A DNA stretch of 64,000 bases from Octopus sinensis (Eukaryota): assembly GCF_006345805.1 (NCBI RefSeq), contig NC_043006.1, positions 5,456,001 to 5,520,000 on the forward strand, read 5' to 3'. The translations under genes were made by a program, and so were the position numbers. Under the pieces are notes generated by a model that was not told the DNA's origin, did not search any database, and saw only the letters and a program-made list of their open reading frames with translations. Positions 51,503-64,000 of the stretch are shown in pieces. Numbering within the stretch: the stretch's first letter is position 1; every line of letters begins with the position of its first letter.

Positions 51503-54500
51503 CTGAAAAAGAATAAACGAATAAATTTGTTAGACTGCATTTCAAATTATTACAACATTTATAAGGTAGAAATAATTACTTAAAGCAATCTACTATCAAC
51601 TGGCAAAAACAAATGGCTAAATGGGGATAAAAGCTACAGTAACACTCACCCTTAGTGGTTAGCCATATTGAGATGGCAAATATACTTTACATTGTCGAGC
51701 GGTTACTGTTTGCATCTCGTTCAGACAGTTTTTCGAAATCAGTGACGGAAGTTACTGGGAAAAACAATAAGTATTTGCAAACAGGTCTCCCGTCATCGTA
51801 AACCAGTGATTGCCGTACGCCGAAGACAGGCAAATACCTAGAAACTGCAGTCCGTGCGTATCACTTAGGTTGACGAGAGAGGGATGACCTCCCTTTGCAA
51901 ATACCATAAGAGCACAGAAAGTGTGTCTAAAGCCAGCTGGAGACGATGTTCTCCTGGGGAATTTTTCTGGTTTTGTAATGTTTGGAGTATTTTGAAACTT
52001 TTAAATGATGTATCTACATTCAATCATAGTTTTTTTTTCAAAATGATATGGAACTGCTGTTGTTCATTCTCAATTCAGCGGTGAGAAAAGATGTTCTCTT
52101 TAGTGTTCGAGAATATCTTACGAATCGCGTCACGGCTTTAGAGTTGTTTGCTGCTGAAAAGTTGCCCGTGGATATCTATACTGAGCTAACCATTTACTTC
52201 GTTCCACAAAAGATTTTCTTAGATAACATCATCTCTATAATTTTGAGGCTCTATTGACACCAAATATTCTGTATTTCTTCGGGTTTGGTTTGATATTAGT
52301 GCTTAAATTTTTGATATCGTGATAGTCTATGAGCTGGCCTTGTGTGTTACTAGTGTGATGAGCGAGTCTTCCTCTTTTCCACGGAAAGCTGACTGATTTC
52401 ACCGTTGTTATTTTCAAACAAATACTGGATTCTCGTTTTTACTGAAACCAATGTTACTTTCGTTGTTTCAATGCTAATATTCCGAACTGATAAGCATTCT
52501 TCATTGAAAGAATTTAGATGATTGATATTTATGTCTGGTGACAGATTTTTCTCACTTTGAAATACCATTGTTAGTTAGTTAGTTAGTTAGTTAACTAATT
52601 AACTAACTAACAATGAAATACCATTGTTAATTAGTTAGTTAGTTAACTAATTAACTAACTAACAATGAAATACCATTGTTAATTAGTTAGTTAGTTAACT
52701 AATTAACTAACTAACAATGAAATACCATTGTTAATTAGTAGTTAGTTAACTAATTAACTAACTAACAATGAAATACCATTGTTAATTAGTTAGTTAGTTA
52801 ACTAATTAACTAACTAACAATGAAATACCATTGTTAATTAGTTAGTTAGTTAACTAATTAACTAACTAACAATGAAATACCATTGTTAATTAGTTAGTTA
52901 GTTAACTAATTAACTAACTAACAATGAAATACCATTGTTAATTAGTTAGTTAGTTAACTAATTAACTAACTAACAATGAAATACCATTGTTAATTAGTTA
53001 GTTAGTTAACTAACTAACTAACTAACTAACAATGGTATTTCGTTTCATAGTTTATCACAAATGATGATCTCCGTGCATGATATGGATGGCAAGTGCAATA
53101 TTCAACAGATATCAACCCTATGAGCTTTTCTGGTGACAAGGACGACACTTTTGTATTGATGTCTGGCGATGATATAGTCGAGAATCTGTCAGTACCTGGA
53201 TTGTGAATACATGCATGTCGTCTTAAATTAGTCGCGAAGTCGGAACTGAACGTTAGTGATGAAGAGGGAATTTCGATGAAGAGGGAATTTCGATGAAGAG
53301 GGAATTTCGATGAAGAGGGAATTTCGAACAGAAAACAGGATTGGGAAGTTAGTTGGGATTACAGTTTCCCGCATCTTCTTCCTTAATCTGTAACATCTTC
53401 CCATTCCTGACTATCCTTAATTTTCCGTTGAAATCACCTATAAGTAAATGTCTGTCTTTTGTTGGTACTTTCAAAATAATGTTACTCAATCGTTGGTAAA
53501 ATTGACTTTTCATATCTTCACTGGCACCAAGAGTCGGAGCATAAACTGACATCTTTATCTTTTTATCCTATACTTGTTTCAATCATTAGATAGCGGCCAT
53601 GATGGGGAACCGCCTTGAATTTTTAGTCGAATGACTCGACCCCAGTATATATTTTTTCAGCCTGGTACTTAATTTATCGGTCTCTTTTGGCCGGACCGCT
53701 ACTTTAGAGGACGTAAACACACAAACACCGGTTGTCAAGTGATGGTGGGAGGATAAACACAGACATAAAGCTATACACAGATATATATATATACATAGGG
53801 GCTTCTTTCAGTTTCCGTCTACCAAATCCATTCCCAAGGCTTTGGTCCGCCTGAGGCAATAATAAAATACATTTTCCTAAGGTGCCACGCATTAGGACTG
53901 AACCAGGTGGTTGAGAAGCAAGCTTCTTACCACACAGCCACTCCTGCGCCTATGAGAAATTATGTTATGTTGGGGGTAATAACACCCAAAGTGTCATATA
54001 AGATTCGTTGATGATAGCTGGAATTAGTTGACCTCGAAAAATCAAGGTTTTAATAAACAATACCAATTCTTCGTATTCTTTCATCAACTACAGCTTTCCC
54101 TTTCTAAAAGAATCTATAGTCAGAACTAGTTCAGGTTTTCCTTCTCTTAAGTGTTTAGTTTTGCATAGAGAATCGAGAATTCTCTCGAGACAAGTACCGT
54201 ATGTTGTTTTTAACTTTTAATGTTATAATGATCAAGAAGTGTCCTTTCGTTCCACATTCCAAAGAAGAGATTGATAGATCCATATCCACATAATTTACTA
54301 TATTAACTTCAATATAGGCGCAGGAGTGGCTGTGTGGTAAGTAGCCTGCTTACCAGCCACATGGTCCCGGGTTCAGTCCCACTGTGTGGCACCTTGGGCA
54401 AGTGTTTTCTACTATAGCCTCAGGCCGACCAAAACCTTGTGAGTGGATTTGGTAGACGGAAACTGAAAGAAGCCTGTCGTATATATGTATATATATATAT

Positions 54501-57500
54501 GTATATATGTGTGCGTGTATGTTTGTGTGTCTGTGTTTCTCCCCCTAGCATTGCTTGACAACCGATGCTGGTGTGTTTATGTCCCCGTCACTTAGCGGTT
54601 CGGCAAAACAGACCGATAGAATAAGTACTGGGCTTACAAAGAATAAGTCCTGGGGTCGAGTTGCTCGATTAAAGGCGGTGCTCCAGCATGGCCGCAGTCA
54701 AATGACTGAAACAAGTAAAAGAGAGAAAGAGAGAAAGAGAGATATAAATATCAATAGTTACTAATTTGAACTAAAAGAAAAAACAGCTTTTGATTTTCGG
54801 AATGCAAAATCTGTTTGGGAGCTTAATTCTTGAGTTTATCATTGCAAAACGCGTTTATGAATTTTGCTAAGTGATTGCATATACCTTATTTACGATATAT
54901 GAATACACGATTTTGTGAAAGTGTTTGTAACATGTTTTTACTCACCGGAAATAAAGTCCAAAATTGGTCACCTTTCATACCATGGCATGGTGCAGCGCTT
55001 AGATCATTCCTAAAGTCTAAACAGATGTCATTTATTCTCAGTTCGTTCTTTTTGGTATAATAAATATGCTGAGAATAGAATATAAAGAATAAATCTTTAT
55101 TAATTTAAATACCTTAATATAGCAATACAATTGTGAATATTTACAGCAAATATTAAATAATATATTAGTTTCTTTTCCAATTAACTCAACTAAAGTTTTA
55201 GGTCTTAGGGAGAAAGCGAAAAACCTGGATGCCAAATAGACTTGGTTAAGTGAAGACTACCTTGATTTTAATTTCATTCATTTCAGAGTCATAAAATACT
55301 TAACCTGTTAATTTATACCTTGTCCGTGGACCTTGTGCCTAGTAGGGAAAAAATTAATTGTATTATGTTGTCCGGAAAGTTCGTGCCGATTTATAGTAGT
55401 TTACCTTTCGACTTATTTTAGAACAAGGTTGAGTCCATAAAATAGGATTTGACTACACCTCCATTTAGAGCACAGTTTAAGCTATCTTTCGTGGAAAACG
55501 GTTTATATTCCTACAACCTGCGTTAATTTTGTAACCCTTTAAAATTGAAGATAAGAAAGTTCATTTTCGGCACTTGATGCTTTGGAACAAAAATTGCTGC
55601 AGCTCGGCCGGGATGTGTTACCCCACCCTCCATATTCACCAGATATTGTTCCTTCGGATTTCCACTTATTTAGATATCTGCAGAATAGTCTTAACTTTCC
55701 GGACAACCCAATACTTTCCGTCATGGAACATCTCTGAAATATTTCAGTGTTTGCACATTCTTGTATAAACCATAACGTTATATACAACAGGAGACTTCCC
55801 TACCATCAAGAGTATCACTGGTATCAATGCTATCTGGAATTTAGTACTCCTGTTAGGACTATGAATCAAAGTCGGAGAATAAAATCCAGACTGAAACACG
55901 ACCAAAATGCTTCAAAGACTACAACGACTGAAAAGTGGTTGTAGACATGACCAATGATTGATTTCAATAACATCTGAACTGGAAGAGGTGGGCAGACCAG
56001 ACCAGACCGGACCAGACCAGACGAACTGCTTAAGGAGATACCACGTGAGACTACAAATGAGCGAGTGGATATCTTGTAATTTCGTCACCTAATACCTCAT
56101 TCCTCATTCGGAATGTGTCACACAGCATGATCCTGAAACCAAATTTGTGTGTGTGTATGTGTGTGTCATTCCTTATAAAGTCGAGATCCAAAGTAAATGA
56201 ATCCACGCCAGCAGCATTTCTTCCGGTTGATATTTCCTGTATCGTTTATATTTTATTTTATGCGAAATGCACAATTGGGATGGGATAAGTACTACTAAGA
56301 CAGCATTTGTGTTGCTTGGAGTTTCTAGTCTGGACGTTGGTTGGAGATGTCTGACACTCACCTTCAAAAACCCAGGGGCTATTCGTGATTTCTAATTCTA
56401 CGCCTGCGTTTTAGTACTTCTATTCAGGAATATCACGACCCAATCTCAGCGAGGAAATCTACAGAACAAGTGGGATAAAATTTGGGAGCCACTTTTTGGT
56501 TCCAGGTTGGGCGCATTCACCCAGCATGTTACTCTTAATGTGTTCGAGTCTAAGAAAACTGAGTTTGGATCTATCAACTTAATCTGTTTTGAGAGGAATG
56601 ATCTTTATTCTATTTTATTTAATTGGCGAAATAGAATAATCTCTTGATTATTACTTCAGAACGTTAAACTGATTTACTATAAATGCAGTAAGTAAATATG
56701 TAGTAGACACAGTGAGTCAAATGATTACATGCATAATCGCTTCTTAATTTTGCATGTAACTTGAACCTTGACTTGTAACATGTGGTTTATACAGTTTTAT
56801 CACATTAACTATTTGACTGACATAAGTACGAGCTGACCAATCAAACATATTATATTTTAAAATTAAGTTAGAAAATTAAAATCATTGGTTGTAAGTTGGT
56901 TTGAAATTCCTCTCTGATTTCTGCTTTTCTAACCGAAGCATATATATAAACGGAGACAATAGAAACTTAATCGACTGAGCACTGTCAGGGACTTGTGCGA
57001 TCAGTAATATCATGAAAGAACTGTTTCTGTTAGAAATATTTCAACAACAAAAACAATATAAATGACTTGAGACGCGATTAATATTAAAAGTAAAATTTGG
57101 AAAGTATAATTTTATCGATCGCTTACTGTCGCTCTTCAGTGTCTGGAGTTAAAATTTCGCTGATGCTGGTTTTGCACACCTCACAGGTTGTTAATGAAAT
57201 AACGATAATATACTTGAATAGACTTTCTTAAATAGACACGTTTACTTGCGTCTAAACAAAAGATTCTATATGGATATTGCACTACAAATGGGAGGTTCGG
57301 AGGAAACATTCACAATTATGTTTAAACAAGATCATAGTATAAGAATTTGATTCTACCTGATTTCCACTCGCTTTATCACATTTGGTAACCTGTACACGCA
57401 TTCCTAAAGCCGCTTCTAAGCATTTTCTAGAATTCATATTCATTACCTTAACAATAAAAATTGAAAATGTTATTAGATTTTCTTCACAATTCATCGAGAA

Positions 57501-60500
57501 AATGTGTTTATTTTCCAATGGACCAAATTTCCCTTTGAAAAACAACGAAGATCCGTGATTTCCAATGAGAAAAAGTAGAAATTTAAAGAGACAGTGGAGA
57601 CTGGAGTATCACAGCGTATTGTTAGTTAGTTTACAATTAAATAATTCAATGTATGATATTCTAGTTTTACTCAAATATTCCCTAAACCTGGAATTGGTTC
57701 TAAGATTATAGAAACTCAAAGTTTTCCTTTTTTAATTTTTTTAATTAGCTTACAGTTTATCAAACTCTGCTGTGAATAATTAATGATAAATATAAAACAT
57801 GATTTTGCAACTATAATCAATTTTAGTATAGCTAATTCTGTTCCCTGAACAACAATATTAACACCCATCAACATTTCTGATAATAGATGGTTATTATGAC
57901 GCTTATAATGAAATAAAATATGTTTACTAAGTTACATTTCCCACAAACAATTTACAGTCGTTTTTAGTGGGTCACTGTAAACAATGACGAACTTTCCTAA
58001 TTATTTTATCTAACATAACTCACTGAGTTTCAAATTTGAATATATTTTCGCGAATTTCATATCCCGACTAATCAAATAAATAACTATTTATATAAGAAGA
58101 GCCAAGTATGACATTCACCTCGAACTGTTCCTGCTAAGATGCCAACGAAAAGAGAAACCTTATCTAAAAGTATGAATTTTCTTTCTTTTAATTTTCGCTT
58201 TCAATCTCCGCTTGTGTTTAGATCTTTTCAGCTTCAATAAAATAAACATCATAAGGCAAATTTAAATAGATTCAACTCATTATATCTTTCTCTTTTATTC
58301 TCTTTTACTTGTTTCAGTCATTTGACTGCGGCCATGCTGGAGCACCGCCTTTAATCGAGCAACTCGACCCCGGGACTTATTCTTTGTAAGCCCAGTACTT
58401 ATTCTATCGGTCTGTTTTGCCGAACCGCTAAGTGACGGGGACGTAAACACACCAGCATCGGTTGTCAAGCAATGCTAGGGGGAGAAACACAGATACACAA
58501 ACACACACACATACATATATATATATATACATATATACGACGGGCTTCTTTCAGTTTCCGTCTACCAAATCCACTCACAAGGCATTGGTCGGCCCGGGGC
58601 TATAGCAGAAGACACTTGCCCAAGGTGCCACGCAGTGGGACTGAACCCGGAACCATGTGGTTGGTTAGCAAGCTACTTACCACACAGCCACTCCTGCGCC
58701 TTCAAATATTGTCGTCTTTCCTAATCAAATGAAATTCGTATTAATATTGGTGCTCAAGGTGGTGAGCTGGCAGAGTGGTTAGCACGCTGGACGAAATGCT
58801 TTGCAGTATTTCGCCCGTTGCTCTGTTCTGAGTTCAAATTCTGCCGAGGTCGACTTTGCCTTTCATCCTTTCGGGATCGATAAATTAAGTACCAGTTGAG
58901 TACTGGGGGTTGATGTAATCGACTATCCTCCTCCCCCAAATTCCAGGCCTTGTGCCTATAATAGGAAGGATTTATCTATTTGCATTTTTTTTTGTCTGTC
59001 TTTATGCTCTGAGTTCAAATTCTACCGAGGTCGACTTTGCCTTTCATCCTTTCGGGATCGATAAATTAAGTACCAGTTGAGTACTGGGGGTTGATGTAAT
59101 CGACTATCCTCCTCCCCCAAATTCCAGGCCTTGTGCCTATAATAGGAAGGATTTATCTATTTGCATTTTTTTTGTCTGTCTTTATGCTCTGAGTTCAAAT
59201 TCTACCGAGATCGACTTTGCCTTTCATCCTTTCGGGATCGATAAATTAAGTACCAGTTGAGTACTGGGGGTTGATGTAATCGACTATCCTCCTCCCCCAA
59301 ATTCCAGGCCTTGTGCCTATAATAGGAAGGATTTATCTATTTGCATTTTTTTTTGTCTGTCTTTATGCTCTGAGTTCAAATTCTACCGAGGTCGACTTTG
59401 CCTTTCATCCTTTCGGGATCGATAAATTAAGTACCAGTTGAGTACTGGGGGTTGATGTAATCGACTATCCTCCTCCCCCAAATTCCAGGCCTTGTGCCTA
59501 TAATAGGAAGGATTTATCTATTTGCATTTTTTTTTGTCTGTCTTTATGCTCTGAGTTCAAATTCTACCGAGATCGACTTTGCCTTTCATCCTTTCGGGAT
59601 CGATAAATTAAGTACCAGTTGAGTACTGAGGGTTGATGTAATCGACTATCCTCCTCCCCCAATTCCAGGCCTTGTGCCTATAATAGGAAGGATTTATCTA
59701 TTTGCATTTTTTTTTGTCTGTCTTTATGCTCTGAGTTCAAATTCTACCGAGATCGACTTTGCCTTTCATCCTTTCGGGATCGATAAATTAAGTACCAGTT
59801 GAGTACTGAGGGTTGATGTAATCGACTATCCTCCTCCCCCAAATTCCAGGCCTTGTGCCTATAATAGGAAGGATTTATCTATTTGCATTTTTTTTTGTCT
59901 GTCTTTATGCTCTGAGTTCAAATTCTGCCGAGGTCGACTTTGCCTTTCATCCTTTCGGGATCGATAAATTAAGTACCAGTTGAGTACTGAGGGTTGATGT
60001 AATCGACTATCCTCCTCCCCCAAATTCCAGGCCTTGTGCCTATAATAGGAAGGATTTATCTATTTGCATTTTTTTTTGTCTGTCTTTATGCTCTGAGTTC
60101 AAATTCTACCGAGGTCGACTTTGCCTTTCATCCTTTCGGGATCGATAAATTAAGTACCAGTTGAGTACTGGGGGTTGATGTAATCGACTATCCTCCTCCC
60201 CCAAATTCCAGGCCTTGTGCCTATAATAGGAAGGATTTATCTATTTGCATTTTTTTTTGTCTGTCTTTATGCTCTGAGTTCAAATTCTACCGAGATCGAC
60301 TTTGCCTTTCATCCTTTCGGGATCGATAAATTAAGTACCAGTTGAGTACTGGGGGTTGATGTAATCGACTATCCTCCTCCCCCAAATTCCAGGCCTTGTG
60401 CCTATAATAGGAAGGATTTATCTATTTGCATTTTTTTTTGTCTGTCTTTATGCTCTGAGTTCAAATTCTGCCGAGGTCGACTTTGCCTTTCATCCTTTCG

Positions 60501-62345
60501 GGATCGATAAATTAAGTACCAGTTGAGTACTGGGGGTTGATGTAATCGACTATCCTCCTCCCCCAAATTCCAGGCCTTGTGCCTATAATAGGAAGGATTT
60601 ATCTATTTGCATTTTTTTTTGTCTGTCTTTATGCTCTGAGTTCAAATTCTACCGAGGTCGACTTTGCCTTTCATCCTTTCGGGATCGATAAATTAAGTAC
60701 CAGTTGAGTACTGGGGGTTGATGTAATCGACTATCCTCCTCCCCCAAATTCCAGGCCTTGTGCCTATAATAGGAAGGATTTATCTATTTGCATTTTTGTT
60801 TTGTCTGTCTTTATGCTCTGAGTTCAAATTCTACCGAGATCGACTTTGCTTTTCAATATTTCGGTGGTCGATAAATCAAGTACCAGTTGCATACTGTGGT
60901 CGATCTAATCAACTGGTCCCCTCCCTCAAAATTTCGGGCCTTGTGCCTAGAGTAGAAAAGATTAATATTGATGATCTTAGGTCCCGTCATTTCACTCAAA
61001 ATATAAACAAAATAAATAAATAAATAGAATTAACTCTGGTGCGAATTTAGCACAGAAACGCATAAGTCAAACTATAAATTTTTTAGGGGAAAAAATATGG
61101 TGAAATGTGGAACAAATTATATAAATACTTATTATGTCCACTTATGAGAGGAAATAATTCAAACCTTACCAATCCGTCATTAATGGTTTCTTTAATCCAT
61201 AACATTTCAGGGATTACATTCTCCAAGTACCATTGAAAACTTTTGCATTTTAAGTTTTCACGGAGTTTCTTTCTCTGACTAACATCACCATAATTTATCT
61301 AGAAAAGATCAAATCAATAATTTCTAGTAAAATATACCATTTTCCTGGAGACTTAGAAAGCATATCGACTTCGTAAATAGATTGCTTTTAAATATATTTT
61401 TAAATTATTTACTATTTCAAACTATAAGAAAACGATTAAACATTATATTTTAATTCTGTTGTGTCCGAGGAGAGTCATTTTCTTTTTGTGCCTTATAATA
61501 TAACACACTCACCGGTAAAATTTCCACTTTTTTCTTATTTTTATTTTCCTACACTTTTCGTTGCGTCTTGCAACCTTTTCAATAGTTTTGACTGGTACTT
61601 AATTTATCGAAAGAAAGAGTCAAAACTACCGAAAAGGTTGCAAGACGCAACGAAAATTTTAGGAAAATAAAAATAAGAAAAAAGTGGAAATTTTACCGGT
61701 GAGTGTGTTAAGGCACAAAAAGAATATGACTCTCCCCAGACACAACAGAATATGCTTCAACACACGAACTCATATAAAGAATCCCAAAACGAATTATGTT
61801 TTAAGAAATCTTTTTAAAAATATTACAACAAATAACAGTATATCTGAATATGTTCGGTGATGATTGAACCAGATAAACGAGGAACAATGTTGAGTACTTT
61901 TTAATAAAATGTTAATTATAGTGATTATTTTTTTATTAGACTGGTGGCCTCAGGTGTATAGACAGAAATGAGGTCGCTTCAATCGTCACGTCTTTAACGA
62001 CGGCTCTGATAATAGAACGAAGTGGAACTATTATCAAGCAACAATCGTAACTAAATTGCATGATTAATTAGCTTCGTGATATTCGTTGGTTCTTGCTACA
62101 AGTATAAAAATCAAAGATTATTAGATTCAGGTTATCTTTTAGAAATCAGTTTTACTCACCAATCTCCAGTTAATTCGATTGTAATATATATTTTTGTAAT
62201 TGTCCATCCATACTTCCGCTAATCTTATAGCGTTTTTCATTGTTACAGCAAAACCTTTTGGCCACTTATAAGGGGTACGTGTCCGAAATATATGCCCAAC
62301 ATGAGAGCACGGTATAATATCGATACGACCTCCACACATCCATGT
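51365..62345 (-). CDS. GALNT: Polypeptide N-acetylgalactosaminyltransferase (GT27), 3' part; complement join(62160..62345,61170..61298,57357..57446,54946..55068,51365..51502); 5' exons probably lie beyond the window
   Basis: [45 protein letters not shown] and three ricin-lectin CL(D/E)..C..Q repeats; all introns phase 0 GT-AG. Confidence 0.93.
52560..53041. repeat. 52-bp tandem repeat (~9 copies) of (GTTA)n/(TAAC)n palindromes
   Basis: Unit GAAATACCATTGTTAATTAGTTAGTTAGTTAACTAATTAACTAACTAACAAT. Confidence 0.93.
53258..53326. repeat. 17-bp tandem repeat x4 (GATGAAGAGGGAATTTC)
   Basis: Direct reading. Confidence 0.9.
53345..53555 (-). mobile_element. RTE-type LINE AP-endonuclease fragment
   Basis: SVYAPT..K..FY..L..GDFN motif. 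Confidence 0.7.
53572..53950 (-). mobile_element. SINE family B
   Basis: Homology to 54317 copy. Confidence 0.84.
54317..54740 (+). mobile_element. SINE family B, full length
   Basis: GGCGCAGGAGTGGCTGTGTGGTAAG head, GGTTCAGTCCC B-box, internal microsatellite, purine-rich tail. Confidence 0.9.
54946..55068 (-). CDS. GALNT: GALNT lectin beta exon ([41 protein letters not shown])
   Basis: ELR..CLD..CHGMKG.Q.W motif; TCTCAG/GTGAGT sites. Confidence 0.94.
55363..55695 (+). mobile_element. Mariner relic
   Basis: TIR-like start TTATGTTGTCCGGAAAGTTCGTGCCGATTT; [23 protein letters not shown]. Confidence 0.8.
57357..57446 (-). CDS. GALNT: GALNT lectin alpha exon ([30 protein letters not shown])
   Basis: Ricin-type CL-x...C...GNQ pattern; phase 0/0; AAG acceptor is weak. 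Confidence 0.8.
58290..58700 (-). mobile_element. SINE family B, full length
   Basis: Homology to 54317 copy. Confidence 0.9.
58756..60960 (+). repeat. SINE family C containing a tandem array of ~181-bp units (11 periods plus a diverged last unit)
   Basis: CTGAGTTCAAATT recurs 12 times at 180-181-bp spacing; TSD ATTAATATTG(G/A)TG(C/A)TC. Confidence 0.93.
61170..61298 (-). CDS. GALNT: GALNT exon ([43 protein letters not shown])
   Basis: Hand translation; not in the ORF track; TTCTAG/GTAAGG sites. Confidence 0.95.
61454..61792. mobile_element. Fold-back insertion, same family as 22289..22626
   Basis: ~135-bp inverted arms; TSD ATTAT(A/G)TTTTAA; shared terminus CCAAAACGA. Confidence 0.7.
62160..62345 (-). 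CDS. GALNT: GALNT exon ([21 protein letters not shown]...RINWRL)
   Basis: Conserved GT27 motif; TTCCAG acceptor, GTGAGT donor. Confidence 0.96.
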
Positions 62346-63551
62346 CTGGAAAAAATAGCACCCATATAAGAACGGATGAACGTTGTAACCAAATGATGTA
62401 AATAAAGTCAACCGTAGTTCTAGTTTATTTCCTAGCTTATATACCAGTGTATCCTAAAAGCTTTAAGAGTTAGCGCACAATTCTGAAACGAGTTTGTACT
62501 TAAGCGAAGTAAAACATGAAAAAGTAATGTATATACGTCCATCGGTCTAAGGTAAGATTTAGCTTTTGTACACCGTTGTTTAGCATTTTCGGATGTCTAA
62601 CCAGAATTTTCAGTATGTAACTGGCAGCTAACTATGATGAGGAAAGGCATTTAGAGGACTACTTTGTTTTGAGTAGCTGTATTCTGAACACGATTTATCA
62701 TCATAACCTAAATAATCATAACCTAAATCATCATCATCATCCAGCATCTGTCTTCCATGCTGGCATGGATTGGATGGTTTGACAGTAGCTGGCAAGCCAG
62801 AAAGCTGCACCAGGCTCCGTTGTCTGCGTCGGCATTGTTTCTACGTCCAAATACCCTTCCTAACGGCAAGTTTTAAATTTAATTCTTTAAACGTTGGCAT
62901 AAAATCTTTCCTAAATTTATCTAGATATAACTAGCCAAACAATACATAAAAAATTACATCGCGGAAGCTAGTAAAAATGCGAAATGAAAACCGATCCGAT
63001 CCGACCCCATGTAACTAGAAACTTCCTAACGTTATCCTAACATTATAATGCAGACATTTCCCCAACAATAACAAATACTATAAAGTATACAAGAAATATG
63101 ATATAAAAGTTAGTTAAACCTGCATGAAAAGCATCGCCAACTCCGTTGTTAGAAAGTAACAGAACCACACACGTGCGAATAAGACAAACTCTTCATTTCA
63201 GTTAACTTACAGCATTATTATGCTCTGCATTCTCAATAATAGGTTATTAACAGGAATAGACGTCTTCAGGGTCAATGTGACTCCTGCACAAATAAAGAGA
63301 AGTGATGCCGAGTATAGGTACCATATCATTTGAAATTACGATCTGTGATAAACCGGTGATCTGCCAGAAGAATATTTATCTTTTAGTTATTCCTTATGAA
63401 AATGAAGCTAAGAATGACCAATAAATGCTACTCAGAGCTAAGGTGACTTTTACGTACAATTAAAATACTACTGTGCTGGAAAAGATGTAAAGACAATTGG
63501 TCCAACTGTATCTGAATAGTAAATTTTGTTTGTTAATATTGTACTACCACA

Positions 63552-64000
63552 GGGCGGCGAGCTGGCAGAAACGTTAGCACGCCGGGCGAAATGCGTAGCC
63601 GTATTTCGTCTGCCGTTACGTTTTGAGTTCAAATTCTGCCGAGGTCTACTTTGCCTTTCATCCTTTCGGGGTCGATTAAATAAGTACCAGTTACGCACTG
63701 GGGTCGATATAATCGACTTAATCCACTTGTCTGTCCTTGTTTGTCCTCTCTGTGTTTAGCCTCTCGTGGGTAGTAAAGAAATAGGTATTTTGGCTGCCGT
63801 TACGTTCTGAGTTCAAATTCCGCCGAGGTCGACTTTGCCTTCCATCCTTTCGGGGTCGATTAAATAAATACCTATTATGCATTGGGGTCGATATAATCGA
63901 CTTAATCCGTTTGTCTGTCATTGTTTGTCCTCTCTCTTTTTAGCCTCTTGTGGGTAGTAAAGAAATAGGTATTTTGGCTGCCGTTACGTTCTGAGTACCA
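63552..64000 (+). mobile_element. SINE family C multimer (third unit starting, runs off window)
   Basis: Head plus repeated core and tail units. Confidence 0.88.

Noticed and set aside
52560-53041. CRISPR-like palindromic repeat array
   Set aside because: Units are contiguous with no unique spacers; eukaryotic intron; no cas genes.
57165-57280. FCLDAS ricin-like peptide on - as an extra GALNT exon
   Set aside because: No in-phase acceptor; the three lectin repeats are already accounted for.
58756-60960. 181-bp array as a non-LTR retrozyme
   Set aside because: No CUGANGA/GAAA hammerhead core found on either strand; the unit is SINE family C sequence.

Overview
AT-rich, microsatellite-laden animal genomic DNA. 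The SINE repertoire resembles octopus tRNA-derived families, so it is most likely coleoid cephalopod (inference). Two intron-containing glycosyltransferase genes lie tail-to-tail. (1) A complete 12-exon chitin synthase on + (22830..48769, about 1435 aa; all splice phases join by hand translation), with divergent catalytic motifs and a ~350-aa Ser-rich insertion inside the GT2 domain. (2) The last five exons of a polypeptide GalNAc-transferase (GALNT) on - (62345..51365). The rest is mobile DNA: three tRNA-SINE families, non-autonomous Helitrons, Tc1/mariner relics, R4/Dong, L1/Tx1, CR1/L2 and RTE fragments, and a probable solo LTR. The most notable non-coding structures are: TSD-flanked fold-back (hairpin) insertions of Penelope-like type; a similar fold-back carrying two oppositely oriented, intact minimal type I hammerhead ribozymes in a chitin synthase intron; a 181-bp tandem array born inside one SINE; and a 52-bp tandem array of palindromes. 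Most short ORFs in the track are microsatellite or SINE artefacts.
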